From a virus: DNA of 64,000 nucleotides. The translations under genes were made by a program, and so were the position numbers. Location: the IMG/VR virus record IMGVR_UViG_3300024348_000007; one strand, 5' to 3'. The notes under the pieces were generated by a model, which worked only from the letters and a program-made list of their open reading frames with translations, made no database searches and was not told where the DNA came from. Position 1 is the stretch's first letter. Each line of letters starts with the position of its first letter. Below are positions 30,801-38,443 of the stretch, piece by piece.

Positions 30801-33433
30801 TAAGAGTTGATAACAGAGATATTGAGCCAAATGATCATACTGCAGGCAGATTAACGTTTGGTTTCACATCTTGGAATAATAACAACACATCACCTTGGGC
30901 TGATTATTTACACTTAAGATCTTATACAGATGCATCAGGTGGATCAGATAACCTTCTTATGTTTAAGAAGTCTGGTCGTGGAATGCGTTTATGGCAACAA
31001 ACTTTTAACAGTGGTACAGCGTATTCCGCGTATTCTGATGTTGCGATATATAACGCAAACCCTGGTAATACGCCTTTCTATGCATCAAGATACTATGATT
31101 CAAATAATACTGCATACTACGGTGATTTTGCATCAACATCCATTGTTAATATAATTAGGTATGCGTCTGGTGGTTATGCAGAGTTCCAAACAGCAGCCGG
31201 TAATATTCGCGGATATATGCAAGCAACTGACGACAACGATGCGCACCTTAAAATTGCTACATCGGGCGGTGAAGATATTAGATTTACGGACGGCGGCCTA
31301 TCCGGTGATTGGAATGTGATTATCAGAGGTGATGGTCAAACATTAATTCGAAGCAGATTAGACACTCCTATCATGTACGATAGAGATGATACTGGTTATT
31401 ATAGTAATCCAGCAGGAGCCTCCAACTTTAATACAAGTATTCGCGCAAACGAGGTTTATGCACGTAACTGGTTCAGAAATGATAACTCTGGCGAGGGTAT
31501 GTATAACCAAGCAACGGGTATGCATTGGTATTCAACAAATAATACCACTTGGAGAGCATACGGCGGACAGACTACTGTAAAAATAGAAATGAACACAGCT
31601 AGTAATACTTTAAGAGGTTCATTCTACGCAAACAATAGTGATGAAGTAGGTATCTTATCTCAAGATAATGGTTGGGCTTTACAAGCTACTAACTCTAAAG
31701 TAGATGCGCACCATAATTTCTATGCTCCTATCTTTTATGATAGAGACGATTCAAATTATTATGTAAATCCAGCCGGCGATGCAAGAATTTCTGGTACTGT
31801 TCAAGCAAACCGTTTTACACATAGAGATGCAGTATCACAAAACGATACTTTTGGACTATATTTTGCTGATAACGCATCTACTGCATACGCGATTTATCGT
31901 GAAAGCGGTGGTTGGAGCAGCCCATATCCAGATTTAAGAATTGCTTTCCATACTGGTATTAAGTTTGGTGCAAACTCTGGTTACCAAGGTATGCGTTTCT
32001 ATAATGACTATAACATGGTTACTCAGGTTATGTCAATCAATAATGGTAGTGACCCATTAGGTGCTAACGATGTTTATGTAAATAACTCATTGCAATCAGG
32101 CAATTCATTAAGATCGCCTATTTTTTATGACTCGAACGATACAGCTCGTTACACGAACCCTGCAAGTACATCTGAAATGGGCACTATACGAGCCGATCGT
32201 TTTGATATGCGTGATCGTGGAGATTGGATTACTTTCTATGGTGATGATAGTACAAACCATGGTATTGCATCTCGTGGTTCTACAGGAACCGCAACTGACG
32301 ATATTCGTATTAACACCTATGGTTCTCTTTTTATTAACCTAGACTCAAACAACAATAATACATCTGGAGCTGACTTCTATATTGGTCGCCATGGTAGTGC
32401 TACTGGTACTATTGCTAATAGTGACTTGTTTAGAGTATACGGTGATGATAACTATGCTTACTCAGCATACAGTTTCAGAGCGCCTATCTTCTATGACTCA
32501 AACGACACTGGTTATTATTGTAATCCGAACAGTTCATCTAATTTTGCTACATCTGTTCGTGCAAATGAATTCTATGCTCGTAACTGGTTCCGTAATGATA
32601 ATGGCGCAGAAGGTTTATATAACCAAAATAACGGTTGTCACTTCTATGCGAGATCGTCTCAATACTGGCACGCGACTGGTAATAATAACGCCAGTGCTAT
32701 TAATATGCAATTAAGATCAACATATGACGGCAATATTAGGATGTGGTTACACGGTGACTCATCAAGTTGGTGTGGATACTTAAATGATGGCGGTCAATGG
32801 ATGATTAGAACTAGAATGACAGATGGTTCGTCTCCAAACCACTGGTATTATGAGGATTCAAACACAACTTGGACCGGTAACCCTGGGAATGATAAAGGTA
32901 AAATTGAATATCACTCAGATAGATTTTATATCGCTGCTGGTGGTAACTCAAATAGAATTTGTCAATTCCGTAGAGATGGTACTGATAAAGCTTATGTTAA
33001 TAACGATGGCGTTTATGTCGGTACAGCTACGTCAGCACAATGGGCTGACCTTGCAGAAAGATATAGCGCTGACGAAGTTTATGAGAATGGTACATTACTA
33101 GGTATGAACCTAGACGGTGAATCTGAAGGTACTCTTTATCAACCAGGAATGCCTATCTTAGGAGTTATTTCTACATCGCCTGGTGTTAAAATGAACGACA
33201 TGGAAATCGAAGATGATAACTCTCTTGAAGGTAAAATGAACCCTTATATTGCTCTTAAAGGACGTATACCGTGTAAAGTAAATGGAGACGTTAAAAAGGG
33301 TCAATGGTTAATACCTGATATTGACGGTAAATGTAAAGGAATAGATTATGGTACTTCTGGTATAAATAGTCATGAAATTATAGGAATTGCGCTTAGCGAC
33401 TCCGAAAATGGTGAAGTAGAGGTGAAAGTATAA
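24863..33433 (+). CDS. long tail fibre (~2856 aa) with C-terminal autoproteolytic intramolecular chaperone (Peptidase G2-like)
   Basis: ATG at 24863 follows a GGGGAGAG SD. GSGLDADLLDG motif and many 'P.FYDS..T.YY..PA..S' repeats. C-terminal WADLAERY...ILGVIST.PG..MN...IALKGRIPCKV.G.VKKG domain. Confidence 0.8.
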   Translation: MANDKKFIVKNGLQSENNVLVGTTTDDGVNKLQVSGTTKLINSGSSVPITIENTGGINTPLINFEGGVGALQVKNTGSGDYSILNTSGANEIKFNDNTANGLVFIAGNTDQLKINTTVADFTNVPSINGVPVWYSGNDGAGSGLDADLLDGLNSIQFLRSDENDTFDGDLVITGDLTVQGTRTEIISETVLIADNIITLNSNFTASNPTENAGIEVERGTLTNSIFQWNETMDWWELNSAGTSLGRIITTADEGSGNGFDADTVDGLQASQFIRSDVNDVATGNLEFEGTVAIGNEAGSALLTMRGAGTNRVLSSDNGKIGFLDTGFAYNTYSDANYNWHVGNDVIAKRLLDADDNSYLVDPAGESQLNDVVLVGELYGHDGTAKDGSTYIDLQNNGTTGLIYFNVDGAGLHTTLSKDQMFVNKKVVAPRFEDSNDNGYYVVPSSVSRLSQIQIDDYIIHKGDTNTYFGFDTDDSYKLYINGVQQLAMSASSAVFTNDVEAARFVDSDNNSYFLDPASASTLNTIGIDSDLFHNGDTDTKLSFGTNQIDFNTGGTQRLSIANAASTFSHSVIAPNVYIDDYIYHTGDTPANTTYFGFSADDNFGVVLGGNGALLLTPTATTSIAYIYAPRFVDTDNSARYLDPSATSPLNNISLDGVLQNLNDPDTYLTFASDAVQFYTGNTLRAFINNSYLETTVSVRSPVYYGTSQIVDFLDLDAGAGSDALRVRGRLNIGGGTDVERFNDTTGNGGITISGYAGMGGTTNPSIQVSGANGARSLLSLNKIDIGGNPYSSKNNYFAEFLTDGAAAFSIRGDNSKNAYFIADADQKMVFMDSGANTRLAMDELGNTIIGNDSISFTQGSHTPVLASGAKTDGKLHVDGSIHINGADDALVIGGTTSTFLRDDELGFGSGGGFYMNDTTNLRVRNNKLLTSTGNASFAQYLDANDVLFYGDFASTSRMNNISLVGEVIHDGDTNTKIGFGTDQIIFTAGGTAQLNVYTTYAQATTDMRSPIFSDAGGTFKFEPNTSSAHRFTTPTGWLEIGSKVAGSTAFDTDRALFTFNKRVNFDGGISAADTNDDAYFNRYYDYGDNNYYIDAAGDSQLNTIDIDDFIRHRGDTGTYMGFSAAATYKVVIVGTERLNIDGNSADFNVDVYAPRYYDSNNTNYYVDPGSTSIVNNLRTNQIQMDGSSLIIDSPSGPKGTIMVTGERDSYAGYMIDNDWGFISSGATEMGLYNETDNEWSLLANRNNFTRLYSNNIHQIGAENGYGYAPNRMRAPIFEDSNDTAFYADLAGQSRLKSVKAGDSAIYNNTTYPLEVKSSQERMIVMQNTSADTNFPSILHNTRNSRATMALSFNNIGERFWFEENGNIQAYGAGIFGSLALNGGNEDLGLLKTYGSGLADLKMFDASDYWDKRVIQPMQGSENSATSSTGEYVKNGNGPFASSYALRTAGYRDFDSDYIPVQPGETIYVEQAVRNISGSGGLFYLGVRRYDKDKNPIASNDGIVYFGASAINNTSTSWTEYKGTHTLPTSHTPYNGSDGEGVRYVRVISLMNYSAGGATREFGPPILKRTNVQSDLVTPNLTVEVDLTVGGNATITGDLTVDDITADVITANRFADRGNTAYYVEPLTGAKVAGSWDWTNGSINNLNNLTFNDPGPNEGIKWNGGNLWQIYESPNDLATNTGGNLQFTSGANQGSMRLRVDTSGDVYAGRYHRAQRFYDTNNAAYYADPASTSVLNQVYINEYLRHSGDTDTYLRFIGADDMQLVAGGRQMLRMGEGTDPDRLRFVTDSNWTDSNGDWAMSRNVVVQGTHTAVNSSYAPIFYDYDDNAYYGNFAGTSLMNIVRANRFEVDGSTRYIDGISGQYGTIRVTGNTNGYAGYAINDDWVFMSSGAGMSGIYNDTNNEWSAQFLQNSDVKLYHNGGEKFSTNSGGATIYGRLIADYMADRNNTAYTVNPAGTSRFLDLDVDNPIGGNIAGYSENLLRVDNRDIEPNDHTAGRLTFGFTSWNNNNTSPWADYLHLRSYTDASGGSDNLLMFKKSGRGMRLWQQTFNSGTAYSAYSDVAIYNANPGNTPFYASRYYDSNNTAYYGDFASTSIVNIIRYASGGYAEFQTAAGNIRGYMQATDDNDAHLKIATSGGEDIRFTDGGLSGDWNVIIRGDGQTLIRSRLDTPIMYDRDDTGYYSNPAGASNFNTSIRANEVYARNWFRNDNSGEGMYNQATGMHWYSTNNTTWRAYGGQTTVKIEMNTASNTLRGSFYANNSDEVGILSQDNGWALQATNSKVDAHHNFYAPIFYDRDDSNYYVNPAGDARISGTVQANRFTHRDAVSQNDTFGLYFADNASTAYAIYRESGGWSSPYPDLRIAFHTGIKFGANSGYQGMRFYNDYNMVTQVMSINNGSDPLGANDVYVNNSLQSGNSLRSPIFYDSNDTARYTNPASTSEMGTIRADRFDMRDRGDWITFYGDDSTNHGIASRGSTGTATDDIRINTYGSLFINLDSNNNNTSGADFYIGRHGSATGTIANSDLFRVYGDDNYAYSAYSFRAPIFYDSNDTGYYCNPNSSSNFATSVRANEFYARNWFRNDNGAEGLYNQNNGCHFYARSSQYWHATGNNNASAINMQLRSTYDGNIRMWLHGDSSSWCGYLNDGGQWMIRTRMTDGSSPNHWYYEDSNTTWTGNPGNDKGKIEYHSDRFYIAAGGNSNRICQFRRDGTDKAYVNNDGVYVGTATSAQWADLAERYSADEVYENGTLLGMNLDGESEGTLYQPGMPILGVISTSPGVKMNDMEIEDDNSLEGKMNPYIALKGRIPCKVNGDVKKGQWLIPDIDGKCKGIDYGTSGINSHEIIGIALSDSENGEVEVKV
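33361..33368 (+). promoter_or_regulatory. candidate late promoter TATAAATA inside the 3' end of the fibre gene
   Basis: Exact consensus 67 bp before the ATG of the first Cys/His-tailed gene. It is intragenic, so it could be chance. Confidence 0.5.
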
Positions 33434-33434
33434 T

Positions 33435-33848
33435 ATGCCATCATATGCAGATTTAAACACTAGCATGCAAGAAAAAGCTGGGGCACAGCTACGCACGTTT
33501 GATAAAGGAATTACTATTACAATACAATCGTGGGTTCGTATTTGGGGGTTTGATAGCTCTTACGGATCATGGATGATTGTTAACGGCTATGGTTGGTATG
33601 GTAATAGTGCTCATTACCACAGATTTGAATATGTTAACGCAAATAACACATTGTTTGAAAACTATCTTGATGGCGGAATATATACCGGTGGTATTATCCG
33701 TTCACAAGATGTTATTGATTCAATTACCGATGTTGTTCGAAGAGCTGTTGATTTGGTCGAAGGCAGACTAACTAACAGAAGTATGACTGCACGTCCTTGT
33801 CACCAAAGCTGTCATAGTAGTTGTCATACATCTAGAGGAAGAAGATAA
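33435..33848 (+). CDS. putative radical-SAM substrate / fibre-tip protein A with C-terminal CHQSCHSSCHTSRGRR
   Basis: Starts 1 nt after the fibre stop. Aromatic-rich core with a Cys/His/Ser repeat tail. Paralog of the next gene. Confidence 0.65.
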   Translation: MPSYADLNTSMQEKAGAQLRTFDKGITITIQSWVRIWGFDSSYGSWMIVNGYGWYGNSAHYHRFEYVNANNTLFENYLDGGIYTGGIIRSQDVIDSITDVVRRAVDLVEGRLTNRSMTARPCHQSCHSSCHTSRGRR

Positions 33849-34270
33849 TGGCTGCATCAGTATCTGACATTAACTCATATGTACAAACATATTCTGGCTC
33901 ACAACTAAGAACTTTTGATAAAACCGTCACATATACCGTAAATACGTATGTTCGGTATTATCGATTTGATAGCGCATATGGCGGTGCGTTGAGGCTTGAC
34001 GGTGCTCAATATACTACAAACTCAACCTTTACTAGAAGATATCTTCATTACTCCTGGACCGGGCGCGATGCACTCTTTGACGGCTATTATGACTCTGGAA
34101 TTACTGCAGGTGGACTTATGTATGCTCAAGATATTGTAGATACTGTAGAAGATGCTGTAAGAAGAGCTGTTGATCTAATGGAGGAAAGAATCGTAAATAC
34201 AGTCAAGACAATTAACGCGTGCCATGCTAGTTGCCATAGTAGTTGTCACACATCGAGAGGAAGACGCTAA
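33848..34270 (+). CDS. putative radical-SAM substrate / fibre-tip protein B with C-terminal CHASCHSSCHTSRGRR
   Basis: TAATG overlaps on both sides. Shares QLRTFDK, FDSxYG, LFxxYxDxGIxxGG, QD, D.VRRAVDL.E.R and the tail with protein A. Confidence 0.65.
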   Translation: MAASVSDINSYVQTYSGSQLRTFDKTVTYTVNTYVRYYRFDSAYGGALRLDGAQYTTNSTFTRRYLHYSWTGRDALFDGYYDSGITAGGLMYAQDIVDTVEDAVRRAVDLMEERIVNTVKTINACHASCHSSCHTSRGRR

Positions 34271-35445
34271 TGTCTATGCAAAAATCATATTGTAAACAAA
34301 TGAGATATTCTGGACCAGAAAGTCTAACACCATCTGATGCATCTAAATTCGATGTTCTTATTCAAATGGAAGTTTTAGCTGGGTGCGATCACGGTTGCTT
34401 AGGTTGTTTCGTAGATAAAAACATTAATCCTGATATGAACCAACAAATTATTGATAGAGCAAAGGAACTCGCTGATGGTGTAAAAAGAACTGGGCTTAAT
34501 CTTAGAGAATTTGTCATAGGTCCAACAGATTTCTTTTCTGCAACTAACACGGAGTCAGTTTTAAATAACTCAGTAGTCCAAGAGATTATGAGAGAACACG
34601 TTGGCGCTCGGATTGCAGCACCTGCAAAATTTGATATCGCTACAATGGAAAGAGTAAAAGAAATCTATGCAATTCTTGATGACGAAGATAAGTATCGCCG
34701 TGATATGATCATTGAGTTTATTATGCCAATCGGTAAAGTAGATCAGATGTTAAATGATGAAGAATACTTTAATAATGTTATGGAAAAAGTAGAATTCTTT
34801 AAAAATAATACACCAAAACAAATGGATTGGTCTTGGACACTACAGGCTTCTAACGTTGTTGGTAAGAAGATTGATAAAGAAACATATAACAAGATTGTTC
34901 AAAAATCAGTAAACGAATACAAGACTATTGTAGAAATGAACCCTGCTTTCTCAAGAGCGAGATCCCAATTGGTACAGCGTAGAAACCTGTTTGGATGGAA
35001 CGATTTCCTTGGTAGAGTTATTGATAAAGATAACGCACAAGAGACAGTTATGTCAATGGCTAATCTTTATTGTAACTCAATTAACTTTATTGGACTTACA
35101 ATCGTACCAGGAGAACACGGACCTACTACACATTTAAATGTAATGCTACACGAACAAGCATTCTTCCTTAATAATAAAAACTTAGACGTTACAGGTCTTA
35201 CCTTCGAAGAAATATTAGATCGTAAAAACGAGCTAGTAACCAAGGGCATAAATAGATCAAGCAAAGTATCTGATTGCAACGGATGCCAATTTGCCGTAGC
35301 TTGTGCAAGTAGACTAATTTTTGAAGCTCAAGAAACTTTAAACGTCGATGGATGTGTTTTAAACAAAGATGTCCTTGCAGAATATAACCCATACGATTGG
35401 ACTTGGAACGACGATGCGATGGAAAAACTAGGAGTAACATCATGA
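34270..35445 (+). CDS. radical SAM protein 1 (IGPTD family, C-terminal Cys cluster)
   Basis: EVLAGCDHGCLGCFV (CX3CX2C), VIGPTDF, and CNGCQFAVAC...GC. The ATG at 34270 overlaps the upstream stop. Confidence 0.85.
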   Translation: MSMQKSYCKQMRYSGPESLTPSDASKFDVLIQMEVLAGCDHGCLGCFVDKNINPDMNQQIIDRAKELADGVKRTGLNLREFVIGPTDFFSATNTESVLNNSVVQEIMREHVGARIAAPAKFDIATMERVKEIYAILDDEDKYRRDMIIEFIMPIGKVDQMLNDEEYFNNVMEKVEFFKNNTPKQMDWSWTLQASNVVGKKIDKETYNKIVQKSVNEYKTIVEMNPAFSRARSQLVQRRNLFGWNDFLGRVIDKDNAQETVMSMANLYCNSINFIGLTIVPGEHGPTTHLNVMLHEQAFFLNNKNLDVTGLTFEEILDRKNELVTKGINRSSKVSDCNGCQFAVACASRLIFEAQETLNVDGCVLNKDVLAEYNPYDWTWNDDAMEKLGVTS

Positions 35446-36524
35446 TAGGTCAACACCTTTATTTTTTAAATAACAAAAAATATATTACAAACTCGACTAA
35501 TCTCGAAACTGTATTTTTCGAGATGAACTCGTTTTATCACACGAAAACACCTAGAACAGTTTGTATGATTGAATCATCAATGCCAGACAGCCAAATCGTC
35601 CAGTATGATGTAAGAGTACGTGCTGATTCTATTCGCGCTAATGCCGGTGCTGATATTATTTTTAAACCTTGGGAAGAAGTTTGTACTAGTGAGTTTATCC
35701 AAAATAGCGAAAAATATATTCTTGTAGCTTGGGAAGAAGAAGATCAAATTCACATTCACGCAAGATATGCCGCTGGCTTATTAGCCGCTGCTGGTTTCTA
35801 TGCAGATACTGATCACGACGTAAACACTATTGTTGGTGAATTTATGGAAAAAATCTTTGATTGTGATAGTATGTTCACGTATATGTCAGCGGCTCCTGCC
35901 GTTCAAGATATATCAAACACAGTTGAAACTATTTTGAATAATCCAGAAACTCCACCTTTTGATGTTATATATCAAAACGGTAAAAACTTTAGCTATGACT
36001 TTTTATTCTTTTTAAACGAATTCTATCCCTGCGCAGAAGTACAAGCTCTGTTAATCGAGAAGTTTACAATTCATAGCGCTGATATGGCACAAGATGTTAT
36101 GGAACACTTTACGTCACGGCGCCACTACTTGGCATATATTCTTTCTGTAATTGATTGGATGAACAATAACGGTTTACCAGTAGATAAACAACAATTTGTA
36201 AACGATGTTTATATGAAAGCTGCTAATAAAGGTAATTATCAAATTGCGTTTTATCAATTGGAAGAGTTATGGAATAGGGTAAAAGATAACGAAGCTTTCA
36301 TTCTTGCACATACTGATAAAAGAGATAACACAAGAGATGGTTGGGAATTTTGGGATATGTATACCGAAATAAGCAACGTATTCCCTATCGTTAAAAAGGT
36401 GCTTGAGCGTAGTTTTGATATGGATAATCTAACAGAAGACTTGAGGTTGATTAACACTGATGTTCAGTTCTTCTCTAAAAGACAAAATAGAATTCCATAT
36501 TTGATACACAAATACACATTATAG
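35442..36524 (+). CDS. hypothetical protein (~360 aa) in the radical SAM operon
   Basis: ATGA overlap with rSAM1 and a GGAG SD; no motif recognised. Confidence 0.65.
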   Translation: MIGQHLYFLNNKKYITNSTNLETVFFEMNSFYHTKTPRTVCMIESSMPDSQIVQYDVRVRADSIRANAGADIIFKPWEEVCTSEFIQNSEKYILVAWEEEDQIHIHARYAAGLLAAAGFYADTDHDVNTIVGEFMEKIFDCDSMFTYMSAAPAVQDISNTVETILNNPETPPFDVIYQNGKNFSYDFLFFLNEFYPCAEVQALLIEKFTIHSADMAQDVMEHFTSRRHYLAYILSVIDWMNNNGLPVDKQQFVNDVYMKAANKGNYQIAFYQLEELWNRVKDNEAFILAHTDKRDNTRDGWEFWDMYTEISNVFPIVKKVLERSFDMDNLTEDLRLINTDVQFFSKRQNRIPYLIHKYTL

Positions 36525-36534
36525 GATGTAATAA

Positions 36535-37440
36535 ATGAATGATAATGATACAAACAACTTGAATCCAGACAGAGAATTCGAAGATCACAAACTTTCAGAG
36601 CGTGAGAAGAATTTTAAAGCTTATACTTTACCTCTTGCTCCTCAAGATTTAGTTGCGATATATAAACAAAAAGAAGAAGATAAAGACTTTATTCTCTATG
36701 TAGACTACTATCAAACTAAACAGAAATTAAGCCCTAAGCATATTATTATATATTTGGCAAACACCAACTTTAAGGCTGGCTTTACTTTCTTAGATGAAGA
36801 ATTAATTACAGAATATATTAAATCAGATTTTATGATTGATTGTCCAATTCTTGTGCGTATGGTTTCTATTATAGTCAGAATGAGATTGCATTATGATATC
36901 AATGGTGCTGAAAAGAAATTAACTATTTTATTCCCAGAAGAAAAAATACATCAATTTATTGAACAGAACATTGAATTAGTCGATGAACTAATCGAAACTA
37001 TTAGAGATTCTGTGCCGTGGGCTATGGTTAATTTGCATGAAAACTTGACTGACGAAGCCAAAAAAGAAGAGAAAGAACTTACAAACTTTATTAATAATAT
37101 TGATGTTTATGATAAACCATCGAATTGCGGACCTAACGTTGCACGATTTATTACAGAAGCTTGGGACGGGTTTTTATGTATTATTCATAATAAGGGTGTA
37201 AGCTCGACTTATAATAAAACAGTTTATAATGAACAACCAAAGTACTTTGGTAAAGATTTATACTACATTATGAACGAAACTAGGGTTATAGATCAGATTA
37301 TGGCATTGTTCCCATCATGGTTTTGGGCTAAAATCGAAACAGTAGATATAAACGCGCTATTAGAAGAAACTGAGGGCGAACATATCGATAAATTTGTCGA
37401 CGGTCTTGAAGATAAGTTCAATGATAGTCCATCTAAATAA
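36535..37440 (+). CDS. hypothetical protein (301 aa) in the radical SAM operon
   Basis: Acidic, helical-looking ORF with an AGGA SD; no motif recognised. Confidence 0.65.
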   Translation: MNDNDTNNLNPDREFEDHKLSEREKNFKAYTLPLAPQDLVAIYKQKEEDKDFILYVDYYQTKQKLSPKHIIIYLANTNFKAGFTFLDEELITEYIKSDFMIDCPILVRMVSIIVRMRLHYDINGAEKKLTILFPEEKIHQFIEQNIELVDELIETIRDSVPWAMVNLHENLTDEAKKEEKELTNFINNIDVYDKPSNCGPNVARFITEAWDGFLCIIHNKGVSSTYNKTVYNEQPKYFGKDLYYIMNETRVIDQIMALFPSWFWAKIETVDINALLEETEGEHIDKFVDGLEDKFNDSPSK

Positions 37441-38443
37441 TTCTTATGCTGGCTATTATACATATGATGAAGATAAAAGTCCAACAAATATTGATTTTCT
37501 CAGAACAGAAATAAATTTAGATATCTTACACGGATGTTCTCAACAATGTCCTGGATGCTTTATACCAAGAAAAAACTTAACAAAAGCAGATAACCTAGAA
37601 ACCTTATATAATCTTCTTATAGAAGGCGCGTATTATCCTGACGAAATAACAATCGGCCCAACTGATATATTCGATGCTGAAAATTTCAATGAAATCATGA
37701 ATCATCCTTATATGGAAAAAATATACGGAATATCTGCAGTAGGATTTACATCCACTTTAACTCAACCTTATCAATTAATAAGAGATAAACTTGATAAGAT
37801 ATGGAGTTTATATAACAATATAGCGAGAATACCGGATATTGATTTTAAAATTGTTTTAGATATAAACAAATATTTAGATGGAGAATTAGATGATTGGTAT
37901 CGTAAACTTGCGATGTTTAAACATGGTTCTGTGCAATTTAGAGTTAACTATCATAAAGATATATTCAAACGCATTTCATACAATGAATTAGCTCAAAAAG
38001 TATTCGATGACTTTAACGCGCCAGTTATAATCACGCCTTCTTTCTTAACTGATAGAAATGCAAGAGGTAAAGTAGAACAACACCTTGCAAACTTTAGACG
38101 TGAAATGGTTGAACAAAACATAGATAAAAAATGGCTAAACTTATATACATTTTTTGATGCGAAGTTTAACGGTTATGGTTGTCAAAATTATAGTTTTTAT
38201 AATAACAAACTCTATATTAATCCATTCTTATATGATGTGATTATTCAACGTACACCTCAGTTTGAAACAAATATGGATGCTAATACTTTATACGACAACA
38301 TAGAATATGCACAACAAGTTGATGACTGTAATGGATGTGAATATATGATGAGTTGTGCAGAACGCAACGTTCATTTGTATATGGAGTCGAGAGGATTAGA
38401 CACTTGCGTCGCATTGAAAGAATACATGTATGCCTCTAATTAA
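37421..38443 (+). CDS. radical SAM protein 2 (IGPTD family)
   Basis: DILHGCSQQCPGCFI, TIGPTDI, and CNGCEYMMSC...TC. Confidence 0.85.
   Translation: MIVHLNNSYAGYYTYDEDKSPTNIDFLRTEINLDILHGCSQQCPGCFIPRKNLTKADNLETLYNLLIEGAYYPDEITIGPTDIFDAENFNEIMNHPYMEKIYGISAVGFTSTLTQPYQLIRDKLDKIWSLYNNIARIPDIDFKIVLDINKYLDGELDDWYRKLAMFKHGSVQFRVNYHKDIFKRISYNELAQKVFDDFNAPVIITPSFLTDRNARGKVEQHLANFRREMVEQNIDKKWLNLYTFFDAKFNGYGCQNYSFYNNKLYINPFLYDVIIQRTPQFETNMDANTLYDNIEYAQQVDDCNGCEYMMSCAERNVHLYMESRGLDTCVALKEYMYASN

Noticed and set aside
1066-33101. Many antisense and alternate-frame ORFs inside the fibre genes (e.g. 1066-1632, 18801-19469, the 13519-17556 set)
   Set aside because: They are shadows of biased codon use and repetitive collagen codons, lie inside long coherent ORFs, and show no recognisable motifs.
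22423-34270. Diversity-generating retroelement acting on the fibres or on the A/B paralog pair
   Set aside because: No reverse transcriptase in the window. The differences between A and B are not adenine-specific, and both are intact ORFs.
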